In this document: positions 8,382-17,522 of the stretch, piece after piece
Layout of the letters: every line of letters starts with the position of its first letter
Numbering within the stretch: the stretch's first letter is position 1
Translations under genes and position numbers: made by a program
Assembly (NCBI GenBank): GCA_029259175.1
Contig: JAPDJH010000002.1
Location: forward strand, 96,001-160,000
Direction: 5' to 3'
Length of the DNA stretch: 64,000 nucleotides
From: Hadesarchaea archaeon
GTDB taxonomy: Archaea; Hadarchaeota; Hadarchaeia; Hadarchaeales; Hadarchaeaceae
Notes under the pieces: generated by a model
Database searches by the model: none
Told to the model about the DNA's origin: nothing
What the model saw: the letters and a program-made list of their open reading frames with translations, nothing else

Positions 8382-9719
8382 TCACCTCCTCTTTCCTATC
8401 CGCGTCCACAGTTTTGCTGCTGCACGTCTTGACACAGTAGTTACATAATCTTCAGCGATTGTTTGCATCTTGCGTTCCTTCATGACTATTTTTCCTCCTA
8501 TGATTACCGTTTCCACATCACTACCTGAAAATGTGTTTACGAGGTGTCCTAAAACGGTGGTGGTGTTTACTGGTGTTGGGGCTCGCGAAGTGTCCAGAAT
8601 GATCAGATCAGCCCATTTACCTTTTTCGATTGATCCTAGTTTGTCGCCCATTCCATACAATTCTGCCCCTTTGATTGTAGCCATTTCTAACACTTGTCGA
8701 GGAGTAATCACTCTCGGATCTCTGGTGTTCACCTTATGAATCAAATAGGCCGCTCGGATGTTTTCAAAACCGTCAAAAATGTATCCGTCATTTCCCAGAC
8801 CCACAAGAATTCCTTCTTTTAGCATTCTAGGTACAGGAGCCACTCCTACCGCATTGAGCATGTTACTCATCGGGTTATGCGCGACTCTTGCCCCAGTTTT
8901 TTGTACGATCTTCAATTCGTCTTCGTTTAGGTGGACGCAGTGTGCTAGTACAACATCTTCCTTGAGCAGCCCCACATCATTTAATCGTTCTATAGTTCGC
9001 TTTCCATGATGAATGTAATTGTAGTAGACATCTACAAGCCCTTCGGAAGTGTGAATGGTCAGGGGGACGCGATATCTGCTAGCAACTTCACGTCCATATT
9101 GGAGAAGTTCGTCGGAAACGGTGAACGATGCGTGGATGCTAACCATGCCGAAAAGGTGTGTTGAGCGATTTTTTCGCATTTTTTTAATGAACCTGATGTT
9201 TTCTTTCATGCCTTTGGCTCCCTCGGTGCTTGAGTTTCGCTCGGTACTTTCGAAAGCGAGTATTCCCCTCATTCCGACCTTCTCAACAGCTGAGCCGATT
9301 TTATCCAGTACTCCAGAAATCGCGTTGGGTCCGGAAAACGTGTCTGCAAATAAAGTGGTTCCGGTTTTTACGAATTCAAGGCTCGCGGCCAAAGCACTCG
9401 CGTACGCATCTTCTTTGTTCATCGCCTCGTCCATTGGCCACCACACCCGTTGAAGAATTTGAGCAAAATCGGTGGGTGGTTCAATTTTCAGAACGGCACC
9501 TCTTAACAGGATGCCGTAGAGGTGGGTGTGAGAGCATATCAGTCCAGGCATCACGATTTTGCCCTGAGCATCGATCACCTCGTCTGCAGAACCTCTTGCA
9601 TTTCCTTTGGACACGAACGAAATTTTTCCGTCTTCAATTCCAATGGAACCCTTTGGAATAATAGTACACCCAGAATCCATCGTCACTATGAGAGCGTTTT
9701 TGATCAATATATCAACCAT
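8382..9719 (-). CDS. Amidohydrolase, SsnA-like aminohydrolase
   Basis: PGLICSHTHLY, HASFT, IHTSE, LAHCVH, HNPMSNMLNAVG, GNDG; start trimmed to ATG 9719. Confidence 0.88.
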   Translation of the reverse strand: MVDILIKNALIVTMDSGCTIIPKGSIGIEDGKISFVSKGNARGSADEVIDAQGKIVMPGLICSHTHLYGILLRGAVLKIEPPTDFAQILQRVWWPMDEAMNKEDAYASALAASLEFVKTGTTLFADTFSGPNAISGVLDKIGSAVEKVGMRGILAFESTERNSSTEGAKGMKENIRFIKKMRKNRSTHLFGMVSIHASFTVSDELLQYGREVASRYRVPLTIHTSEGLVDVYYNYIHHGKRTIERLNDVGLLKEDVVLAHCVHLNEDELKIVQKTGARVAHNPMSNMLNAVGVAPVPRMLKEGILVGLGNDGYIFDGFENIRAAYLIHKVNTRDPRVITPRQVLEMATIKGAELYGMGDKLGSIEKGKWADLIILDTSRAPTPVNTTTVLGHLVNTFSGSDVETVIIGGKIVMKERKMQTIAEDYVTTVSRRAAAKLWTRIGKRR

Positions 9720-9795
9720 TCTATCATTACTCCAAAAACGTGAACAATATAAAGTTTTATGGCGCTCTGAGAATACGCTGATGCGGAGTGAGCGG

Positions 9796-11124
9796 ATGCC
9801 AGATCTCGTGATAAGAAACGCTCGTCTAGCATTGCCCGAGGGGATCGTGCGTGCTGAACTCTCAGTCACCGATGGAAAGATAGACAAGATAGCGATTTCT
9901 GGGATACCTAAAGGGGAAAATGAGATTGATGCCAAAGACCGAATTGTCATTCCAGGGGTGATCGATTCTCATGTGCATATTCATGATCCTCGATTTCTTC
10001 GCCGAGAGACCTTTAGAACAGGGAGCATAGCTGCGGCAGCGGGCGGAGTCACTACGGTGTTGGTGATGCCTCTGGATACGCCGGTAACCGATGTGCAAAG
10101 CGCAAAAAAAATTATTGCCGCCGGGCGCCGAGCGAGTCTAATCGACTTTGCCCTTCACGCTGGAAACATGACGGAGGAGTCGATCGAGAACGTTGAAGCG
10201 TTGGCGGCTTTGGGTATAAAGTCTTTCAAAGCTTTCACGTGTTCGCCCTATTATCTCCGCTCAGAAGCGATGGAAGCTCTGATGGATCGAATAAAGGCCG
10301 TGGATGGAATTCTTTTCGTTCATGCGGAGGATGAGCAGACTTTGCAGGCACAACGTGCCAAGTTAGGCGAGCGAAGAGATCCTTTGGCACATCATGAGTG
10401 TAGACCCTCTGAAGCTGAAGAGCGAGCTGTTAGAGACGTCCTAGAGCTTGTAAAAAAACACGAGTGTAAAACCCATTTTGCCCACATCACCACGCGCAAA
10501 GCAGGCGAGCTCATCAGAGATGCAAAGCAAAATCACCTACCCGTTACGGCTGAGACATGCATTCACTATTTGGTCTTTACTCGAATGGATGTTGCGGAGA
10601 AGGGGCCGTATTTGCGTGTTAATCCTTCTCTCAAAGATGTAGAGGATCAGAAAGCGTTGTGGGAGTTCTTGAAAGCTCACATTATAGATGTGGTCGCTAC
10701 TGACCACGCACCGGGGACAAAAAAAGAGAAAGAAATTGGATGGGAGAGCATATGGAAGGCTCAGATCGGTATTCCGGGGGTCGAGACTCTCCTTTCGCTT
10801 CTTTTGACTTTTGGGGTCGGTTCGGGGCGGCTCACCTTAGATAGAATGGTCAACGTGGTTTCGACACGGCCAGCTCAGATATTTGGGCTCTACCCTCGCA
10901 AAGGAGTGATCCGAGAGGGAAGCGATGCCGATTTGGTGATTCTGAACTTTAGAAAGAAGAAAATCCGAGCCAAGAATCTGCACTACAAGGTCGGCTGGTC
11001 TCCGTATGAGGGGTTGATGGTGAATGGGTATCCGCTTATAACTGTCTCTCGTGGTGAGATCATATACAAAGATGGGGAAATCTTAGGGAAGCCAGGCAGG
11101 GGACAGTTCCTATCTTTGAGCTAG
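9796..11124 (+). CDS. Cyclic amidohydrolase (allantoinase/dihydropyrimidinase/dihydroorotase family)
   Basis: PGVIDSHVH, AAAAGGVTT, SFKAF, VHAED, AETCIHY, ATDHAP, GSDADL, WSPYEG; start trimmed to ATG 9796. Confidence 0.9.
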   Translation: MPDLVIRNARLALPEGIVRAELSVTDGKIDKIAISGIPKGENEIDAKDRIVIPGVIDSHVHIHDPRFLRRETFRTGSIAAAAGGVTTVLVMPLDTPVTDVQSAKKIIAAGRRASLIDFALHAGNMTEESIENVEALAALGIKSFKAFTCSPYYLRSEAMEALMDRIKAVDGILFVHAEDEQTLQAQRAKLGERRDPLAHHECRPSEAEERAVRDVLELVKKHECKTHFAHITTRKAGELIRDAKQNHLPVTAETCIHYLVFTRMDVAEKGPYLRVNPSLKDVEDQKALWEFLKAHIIDVVATDHAPGTKKEKEIGWESIWKAQIGIPGVETLLSLLLTFGVGSGRLTLDRMVNVVSTRPAQIFGLYPRKGVIREGSDADLVILNFRKKKIRAKNLHYKVGWSPYEGLMVNGYPLITVSRGEIIYKDGEILGKPGRGQFLSLS

Positions 11125-12330
11125 AGCACTTAGACCTTCTGCAAATGACCAGAGGCTCGTGAAGATATCTGGACGGGAAAGTTCCTTCTCAGTCAACACG
11201 CATAAACTCGAGCTTAATTTCGCATTTGTGATGCTATCTATCAGTTTTTTCTGTACATCTTCTGGGGCAAACCGAGTGTCGATAATGATCAGAGCTAGAT
11301 TCACATCAGTTTCTTTTGCGAGCAAATCGAGCGCAACTCGCCATTTTTTCTGCTCTAATGTGACCAGGATAAAAACTCCTGGAGCGTGAATTTGAAGTTC
11401 TCGTACCTTTTTCCTCATTTTCTGCAATGCCTTTTCGGCGATGGGTGCAGGTTTCAGATTTTTCACGCGCGAGAGCACCGCGAGACAGAGGGTTTTTGAG
11501 TTTGATATCAACACGATTTTTCGTTCTTGCTTTGGTATTCGATCAAGATGTTTGGCTCCCGATGCAAAAGCAGGTAAGCCAGATATGAAAACACCACCAG
11601 CTTGACGGACTGCAGCTCGGAACAAAGACGAGGTTTGGTTACTAGAGAACACAAGAACGTGCTTCTCCTTTCCGATTTCTGTCAGGGAATCAAAGAAGGC
11701 CCTTCCCGAGCGAAGTTGGTGGACATGTAATGCTAGAACATTTGAGTGTTCGTCTTTGCCAAGCAACTGGATGAGAGTCTCGGGCAACGGTTTATCACCA
11801 ACACAGAAGGCACTGCTGATTCCGACTTTCAAGTCTTTGAAGCACTTCAGGATCTCGCCCGAGATGTCTCCCATGTGTGTTAAGAGAACGATTTTTCCAT
11901 TCGGTAGCGGAGGGTAGGGTGATAAAAAAACTTTGTTTCGAGGAACCATCAGTCCTGCAGATCCAGGTCCCAACACCCATATTCGCTTGTTGGCTCGCTC
12001 CAACTCTCTTTCAGTCTTTTGAGATATGGTGGGCGTGAAGAGAACCAGAGCACGAGCCGTTCTCGAGATTATCTTTCTTATGTTTTTTTCGAGCACAGGC
12101 TCAGGCAAACACACTCCAACGATATCGCATTGCTTCGGAATCTCTGACACACTTTTTCCGCAATCGGGTCTTTTTCCACTCAAGTCGATGGGAACAAACT
12201 TCTTGAATTCTCTCATGTTTGAGAGAATTCGCTCGAATATCTGGCGGTACTGGGGCGCGAGCTTCTTCTGTTCCCAAATACCCACCAGCCCTATTTGCTT
12301 GGGATTGAAGAGCCGGTCGATTTGTTTCAT
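11110..12330 (-). CDS. Divergent acetate-CoA ligase (ADP-forming) alpha-like subunit
   Basis: LFNPKQIGLVG, VLGPGSAG, AAVRQAGG, VLISNS resemble ACD-alpha; the phospho-His loop is absent. Confidence 0.65.
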   Translation of the reverse strand: MKQIDRLFNPKQIGLVGIWEQKKLAPQYRQIFERILSNMREFKKFVPIDLSGKRPDCGKSVSEIPKQCDIVGVCLPEPVLEKNIRKIISRTARALVLFTPTISQKTERELERANKRIWVLGPGSAGLMVPRNKVFLSPYPPLPNGKIVLLTHMGDISGEILKCFKDLKVGISSAFCVGDKPLPETLIQLLGKDEHSNVLALHVHQLRSGRAFFDSLTEIGKEKHVLVFSSNQTSSLFRAAVRQAGGVFISGLPAFASGAKHLDRIPKQERKIVLISNSKTLCLAVLSRVKNLKPAPIAEKALQKMRKKVRELQIHAPGVFILVTLEQKKWRVALDLLAKETDVNLALIIIDTRFAPEDVQKKLIDSITNAKLSSSLCVLTEKELSRPDIFTSLWSFAEGLSALAQR

Positions 12331-13046
12331 TCGTTGCTCTCTCCCAATCCTATTCTGGCGTCCACAGCTTTGACTCCTTTTCCTTTCTCAAACACGAAGA
12401 GCGGGTTGATGTCAAGTTCTTTGATTTGAGGGAATTCCGCCACGAGATTTCCAACTTTTACAATGGTGTCCGCGATGGCTTCAATATCGGTTTGCGGCCG
12501 TCCTCGGTATCCGGAGAGGAGCGGATATCCTTTGATCTCGCGAATCATTTCTAGCGCTTCCCCAGAGTTCAAGGGCGCGAGCCTGAAGCTAATGTCTTTC
12601 AGCACCTCCACCCAGATTCCTCCGAACCCGAACATCACTGTGGGGCCGAAGGATTTATCTTGCAGCCCTCCCACGATAACCTCTGCAGCTGGCGATAGAT
12701 GCTCCTGCACAGCTACTCCAAGGATCTGTGCTTTCGGGTTGTAAGCACGAATGTTGTCGAGGATCTCTTGATAAGCCCGTCGTAGTTCAGTTTCTGATCC
12801 AATACCGACACGCACACCACCACAGTCGCTCTTATGGGTAATATCTGGAGAAACTATTTTCAAAACCACGGGGTAGTTGATTTCTCTTGCGAGTCTTATG
12901 GCTTCGTCGAGGTTTGTGGCCAATTGGGTCTTGTTTACGGGAATTTCGCAAGCTTGGAGAACTTGCTTGGCTTCCGGCTCAGTAAGGATTTTACGCCCCT
13001 CGGTCTTGGCCTTTTCCAATATTTCGACAATTGTCGATTTATCCAA
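12327..13046 (-). CDS. Acetate-CoA ligase (ADP-forming) beta subunit, ATP-grasp
   Basis: YPVVLKIVSPDITHKSDCGGV, FGPTVMFGFGG, ELDINPL, AVDARI. Confidence 0.93.
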   Translation of the reverse strand: MDKSTIVEILEKAKTEGRKILTEPEAKQVLQACEIPVNKTQLATNLDEAIRLAREINYPVVLKIVSPDITHKSDCGGVRVGIGSETELRRAYQEILDNIRAYNPKAQILGVAVQEHLSPAAEVIVGGLQDKSFGPTVMFGFGGIWVEVLKDISFRLAPLNSGEALEMIREIKGYPLLSGYRGRPQTDIEAIADTIVKVGNLVAEFPQIKELDINPLFVFEKGKGVKAVDARIGLGESNE

Positions 13047-13095
13047 CCTCTCAACCCCTGTGCATCTTTCAAATGTTATATAAATCGTTTTTGGA

Positions 13096-14010
13096 TTACG
13101 AGTTTTGACGAAAATGAGACGGCAAAATCTTTTTTCCAGCTTTTAGTCCTAGAACTAGACCCAACATAAGATCCGATCCAGATGTTTCGCCCAGTTCCAA
13201 CACGCGGCGCGCGGATCTCTCAACAGAAGGAGGGTCTCCCGCGAACACGGATTCCAATAGCTCCTCTACCGCTTTGTTTGCTTGTCCTTGGAAACTCTGT
13301 TTAAGAAGTTGCGAACTCAGCAAAGTGGTTCTGGATGAGCATCTGTCCACACTTTTCTTTAAGCTACTCAGCCCGGGACAAGAAGCTCTCGTTGTGTTTG
13401 CGATCCAAACGAGGGAACAGCCCAGCCCGCACAGGAAATCATCTCCGGAGGGGGTCAGGCCCGGACCCAGACCTATTAGATTGCCCGTGTCACGTTCGTC
13501 GGGTTTTTCTCCGTTCTCGATTTTTTGAACAAGTCTAAGTATTGCTTCGAAAGCCCGTGCGAGAAAGGGATCTGAAGTATTGAGTTTTTCACCTTCTACA
13601 AGGGACGGGTAAAGAGAAAGAAGCCCGCTCTTTTTTGTGTTTTTTATGAAATCCTGCAGGGCCCGATACCCGATGTGGAACTTTTTCAAATCTAGCTCTG
13701 TAACACCAGTCTTTGGCTTCCATATAATCGCTTGACTGAAATCAATTGCTATGTGACCGCTAAGCGTGATTTTCTTATTTCTTATTTTCACATCGGAGCC
13801 AGCAGCTATACCAATGGTTTTGAACGTGTCGATATTTGCTATTAAACTAATGGGATTCAGAATAGAGCGACTGGTGAGAACCCCCACTAGCTTATCCTGA
13901 AACCGCAGGTTGAGCGCGTGTTCGAAAGTGCTGTGAACCGTGCCGCGTGTTTGAGAGCACAGAGTTTCCAGAGCGCAGCATCCGATTTCCAGAGCTTTGA
14001 TGTACCGCAT
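13096..14010 (-). CDS. DUF2877 protein (YlbF/AllH-like)
   Basis: VHSTF, LIGLGPGLTPSGDDFLCG, RTTLLS, LGETSGSD. Confidence 0.9.
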   Translation of the reverse strand: MRYIKALEIGCCALETLCSQTRGTVHSTFEHALNLRFQDKLVGVLTSRSILNPISLIANIDTFKTIGIAAGSDVKIRNKKITLSGHIAIDFSQAIIWKPKTGVTELDLKKFHIGYRALQDFIKNTKKSGLLSLYPSLVEGEKLNTSDPFLARAFEAILRLVQKIENGEKPDERDTGNLIGLGPGLTPSGDDFLCGLGCSLVWIANTTRASCPGLSSLKKSVDRCSSRTTLLSSQLLKQSFQGQANKAVEELLESVFAGDPPSVERSARRVLELGETSGSDLMLGLVLGLKAGKKILPSHFRQNS

Positions 14011-14056
14011 CCCAAATAAGAAGAAGAGAAGGGAGACAAAAAGTGTTTGTAGATGT

Positions 14057-14647
14057 TCAGCCTAGGAGCTCTCCGACCAGTTTTCCGGCCTTTATCCGAT
14101 CCCACTGCTCCTTGGTCATGGTCTGAAGCATGGTACCAAAGTGGCTGACTTTATCCGGATGCTCGGTGAATCCATAGGTTTTGAAGAGCTTTCTGGAACC
14201 GATGGGAGTTTCGGCACTGGCCTCCACCACATCCACGCCCAAGACATCGAAATAGTGCTCTAGCTTGCAGGGCCAGAGATATGCGCCAATCTGCAACCCG
14301 CGGATCAGAGTGTTAGTGTGAAGACTACAGCCGATTTTCGGATCTCTCAGCACCCCGTTGGTCACTCCTACAACCTTGCCCTCCACTCTGCCCACGAGAC
14401 AGAAGTGAGTTTCCGGCGGGCATCCCCACATAGGTCTGTTCTCTCGCCACAGATAGAGTTCCGTGATTATCTCGGAGCTCACCAGATCGAAAAGGTCTTG
14501 ATGGTATGTAACGTTCTTAACTAGAGCGTCAGCCACTTCCTCAATTTCGTCCTTGGTCATGCTGGTGACCACCATTTCGTCTCCGTTTGGTAGCGTGATT
14601 CTTCTTCCTGGATAGGGTTTCATGATTTTGCTCCAATCAACGCTCAT
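14057..14647 (-). CDS. Putative GNAT-fold N-acetyltransferase
   Basis: beta-rich core LVGRVEGKVVG, RGLQIG (motif A-like), LFKTYGF; SD GGAGGTGA upstream of ATG 14647. Confidence 0.6.
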   Translation of the reverse strand: MSVDWSKIMKPYPGRRITLPNGDEMVVTSMTKDEIEEVADALVKNVTYHQDLFDLVSSEIITELYLWRENRPMWGCPPETHFCLVGRVEGKVVGVTNGVLRDPKIGCSLHTNTLIRGLQIGAYLWPCKLEHYFDVLGVDVVEASAETPIGSRKLFKTYGFTEHPDKVSHFGTMLQTMTKEQWDRIKAGKLVGELLG

Positions 14648-14761
14648 GTTTTCACCTCCTGTTTTTAGTGCGAACACTCGCCTTTAAGTTTTGCGTAGAC
14701 CTATGGCCGAAATTGATTGAATTTCTGACTGGAAAAATTTGGAAACTTTAAATACATGTAG

Positions 14762-14777
14762 GTAAGATATATCTTAC
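14762..14777. promoter_or_regulatory. Perfect 16-bp palindrome, probable antitoxin operator
   Basis: GTAAGATATATCTTAC lies between TATA TTTAAATA (~14747-14754) and the antitoxin ATG. Confidence 0.65.
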
Positions 14778-14787
14778 TGGTAGAGAA

Positions 14788-15048
14788 ATGGCTATAGACA
14801 TGACACGATTATCCGAAAAGGGACAAGTTGTTATCCCGAGCGAGTTACGAAAACAAATGAAGCTGAAAAAGGGAGCGAGATTTATTGTGATAGGAATGGA
14901 AGACTTCATCATTTTGAGAAAGTTGGAGATTTCCAAAGAGCGAATGGAGCTAAAACGTCTCTTGCAGCGTGCGCGAAAGCAGGCAAAACGGGTTGGTTTT
15001 ACACAAAAGGAGATAGATCGATTGATTCACTCTATCAGAAAGGTTTGA
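14788..15048 (+). CDS. AbrB/MazE/SpoVT-family antitoxin
   Basis: TRLSEKGQVVIPSELRKQMKLKKG signature. Confidence 0.9.
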   Translation: MAIDMTRLSEKGQVVIPSELRKQMKLKKGARFIVIGMEDFIILRKLEISKERMELKRLLQRARKQAKRVGFTQKEIDRLIHSIRKV

Positions 15049-15503
15049 GGATGAAAATAGTCCTTGATACCAACGTGCTCGTTTCGGCATTTATATCTAA
15101 ACATGGAAAACCGGCGGCGTTGTTAGATCTTATTTTGACATTTCCGGAAGTTCAGCTGATCACTTCGAAACCGATTCTGGAAGAACTCGAGAGTGTCCTT
15201 CGCAGAAAGGAAGTGAGAGAAAGGTTTGGCTATTCTGTGTCCGATATCGAATCGTTTGTTCACGCAGTTCAAAAAGTTTCACTCGAGGTAAAAATAAAAT
15301 CGGATTTCAAAGTGGTGGCAGAAGATCCGAAAGACAACCTCGTTTTAAGCACCGCTTATGATGGAAAAGCAGATTATGTGGTTTCGGGGGACAAGCACTT
15401 AAAAGGGTTGAAGAAATTCAAAGGAATTAAAATAGTGAATCCGGCCCAGATGATAGAGATTATTCTAAAGGAGTTTGAGAAGTTCATTTTGCAAGGCCTG
15501 TAG
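15045..15503 (+). CDS. PIN-domain (VapC-like) toxin
   Basis: IVLDTNVLVSA, EEL, DPKDN, VSGDKHL; overlaps the antitoxin stop. Confidence 0.92.
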   Translation: MRMKIVLDTNVLVSAFISKHGKPAALLDLILTFPEVQLITSKPILEELESVLRRKEVRERFGYSVSDIESFVHAVQKVSLEVKIKSDFKVVAEDPKDNLVLSTAYDGKADYVVSGDKHLKGLKKFKGIKIVNPAQMIEIILKEFEKFILQGL

Positions 15504-15563
15504 AATGTATCAGAAGAAATAACGGTGGAATTGGAAGTAGGTTTTTCAGTCTTGCGTAAGACT

Positions 15564-15899
15564 TTAGAGGGGCTGAAACTTGAAGCCCTCGATATCTCTG
15601 CCCCGAAGTTTCCGCAAGTGCCCCCACACGGGCTTGACACGCATTCCGGTCTTTGGATCGTCGGTCATTACCTGACCCAATACGTGAACTTCGCCGAACT
15701 TGGCAATTCCGAGGGTAAGCGGCGGCATTTCGATACCTTCTGGCGGAAAGTAGAGTTTAGTCCAAGTAATGAGAGTTCCTTCTTGCGGTAGCTCAACTTC
15801 CTCGAATTCCTCTCCCTTGCATTGCAAGCAACGGTCGTGTTTGGGCAACATGAGCTTGCCGCAAGCTTTACACCGATACGCTACCCATTTCTGCTCCAT
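15564..15899 (-). CDS. DUF35 Zn-ribbon/OB-fold protein (thiolase partner)
   Basis: CKACG...CLQC, GTLITWT, GMRVKPVW; directly downstream of the thiolase. Confidence 0.9.
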   Translation of the reverse strand: MEQKWVAYRCKACGKLMLPKHDRCLQCKGEEFEEVELPQEGTLITWTKLYFPPEGIEMPPLTLGIAKFGEVHVLGQVMTDDPKTGMRVKPVWGHLRKLRGRDIEGFKFQPL

Positions 15900-15901
15900 C
15901 T

Positions 15902-17062
15902 TTACCAGCCTCTTTCCAAGATGTGAATAACCGTGTTGTTTCCGAATCCTCCGAAGTTGCAAGCCAACGCTCGCTTGGGATCTTTTACTTGGCGCTCACC
16001 GCATTCCCCTCGGAGTTGCCATGTGAGCTCAACCACTTGAGCCACCCCCGTCGCTCCTACCGGGTGTCCTCGCGCTTTGAGACCGCCTGACGGGTTAATG
16101 GGCAAATCTCCGTTTATGCTAGTGACCCCCTTTTCAACGGCGAGATGAGCAGTTCCCTTTTCGAAAAATCCTATGTCCTCGCTCTCGGCCAATTCTAAAA
16201 TTTCGAACGCATCGTGGAGTTCAACTACATCGATATCCGACGGTCCACACCCCGCCATCTTGAAAGCGCGTTCTGCCGCCAGTTTTACCGATTTCAGCAC
16301 AGCGGGATCTTCTCGTTCTTGCAGAGCCTGAACGTCTGTTGCTTGTCCAAAGCCAGCAACCCTGACCGGCTTGTCTGTGTATTTCTTCGCTTTGTCCAGC
16401 GGGCACAGCACCACCGCAGCTGCCCCGTCGCTTATCGGGCATACATAGTAAAGCCGCAGCGGATCGGAGATCATGCCTGAACTCATCGCGCCTTCAATCG
16501 TGCACGCACGCTGAATGTGGGCATATGGGTTCTTGAGACCGTTTTCATGATTTTTTACAGCAATCATGGCCAGATGGCGTTCAGTGACTCCATATCTTTC
16601 CATATAGATACGGGTAAGCATGGCCGCCATCGCCGGAAGAGTAACCCCGTGAATATACTCTGCCGTTGGGTGGGTCATGGTGGCCACGAGATCAGTGATT
16701 ATGTCCGTGTCGGCGGTGCTCATTTTTTCTCCACCAGCGACCAAAACCAAGTCGTAATAACCCGAAGCCACGGCCAGAATTCCATTTTTCAAAGCCGATC
16801 CTCCGGCAGCTGGTCCGTTTTCTACTCGATCTGCAGCTGCCGGAATTAGATTGATGCGGTCAACCAGCGAGCTGGCAACGGCGGTCTGGAAAACCGTTTC
16901 GCCGGCCATCATGTTCGCCACGTACACTGCATCGAAGTCTTCTTTTTCGACGTGTGCATCCTTTATGGCTTTGAGGGAGGCCTCGGCTAAGAGATCCATC
17001 AAATCTTCCTTTCGCCTCCCAAACTTCGTCATTCCACATCCGATTATAGCAACGTCTCTCAT
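15902..17062 (-). CDS. Thiolase-domain protein (SCP2-type/archaeal) lacking the N-terminal catalytic Cys
   Basis: VAIIGCGMTKFG, GGEKM, PISDGAAA, ELHDAF, NPSGGLKARGHPVGATG; ENGPAAGG where ENACASG is expected. Confidence 0.9.
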   Translation of the reverse strand: MRDVAIIGCGMTKFGRRKEDLMDLLAEASLKAIKDAHVEKEDFDAVYVANMMAGETVFQTAVASSLVDRINLIPAAADRVENGPAAGGSALKNGILAVASGYYDLVLVAGGEKMSTADTDIITDLVATMTHPTAEYIHGVTLPAMAAMLTRIYMERYGVTERHLAMIAVKNHENGLKNPYAHIQRACTIEGAMSSGMISDPLRLYYVCPISDGAAAVVLCPLDKAKKYTDKPVRVAGFGQATDVQALQEREDPAVLKSVKLAAERAFKMAGCGPSDIDVVELHDAFEILELAESEDIGFFEKGTAHLAVEKGVTSINGDLPINPSGGLKARGHPVGATGVAQVVELTWQLRGECGERQVKDPKRALACNFGGFGNNTVIHILERGW

Positions 17063-17153
17063 CGCCCTCCCCCATCCGAGATGGTTTTCTTTCTATATAA
17101 TCTCACCGGAATGAAGAACCGATAGCCTATAACTGCCGTGAGGTCACTATAGA

Positions 17154-17522
17154 ATGATGTCCGCCGAAGCACTTCGGTACATCGAATACGTGTTTGCGGG
17201 TGTTCTGTTTTTGGTGATCGTGTCGTCAGCGATTGTGCTGTTTCAACAGACCGCAAGCAAAAACGCGTTTTTTGATGATGTCCAAGGCTTGGTGCTGGTT
17301 ATAAACTCTATGAGCAACCCCGGCACAATTCAATACTATTCTCTTAAAATCCCAGATGGAGCGCAAGTGGTTTTTGATGACCGCGTTGTCTCAGCACTGA
17401 TAAACGGTGACTCCGAAAATTTCAACATAGAGGTCCCGGTGATCCCCATAGTGTTATCAGAAGGAAATTATGACTTGAAACTCGTGCGAGCCGAGAACGG
17501 GGTGGAAATCATTGTTAGGTGA
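17154..17522 (+). CDS. Small membrane-anchored, pilin-like hypothetical protein
   Basis: Short N-terminal peptide, hydrophobic helix and beta-rich C-terminus. Confidence 0.5.
   Translation: MMSAEALRYIEYVFAGVLFLVIVSSAIVLFQQTASKNAFFDDVQGLVLVINSMSNPGTIQYYSLKIPDGAQVVFDDRVVSALINGDSENFNIEVPVIPIVLSEGNYDLKLVRAENGVEIIVR

Noticed and set aside
9607-9950. Apparent long head-to-head overlap of the two amidohydrolase ORFs (also 40377-40873, 26397-26508 and 56048-56318)
   Set aside because: Artefact of longest-ORF start calling; family homology begins at downstream ATGs, leaving short divergent promoter regions
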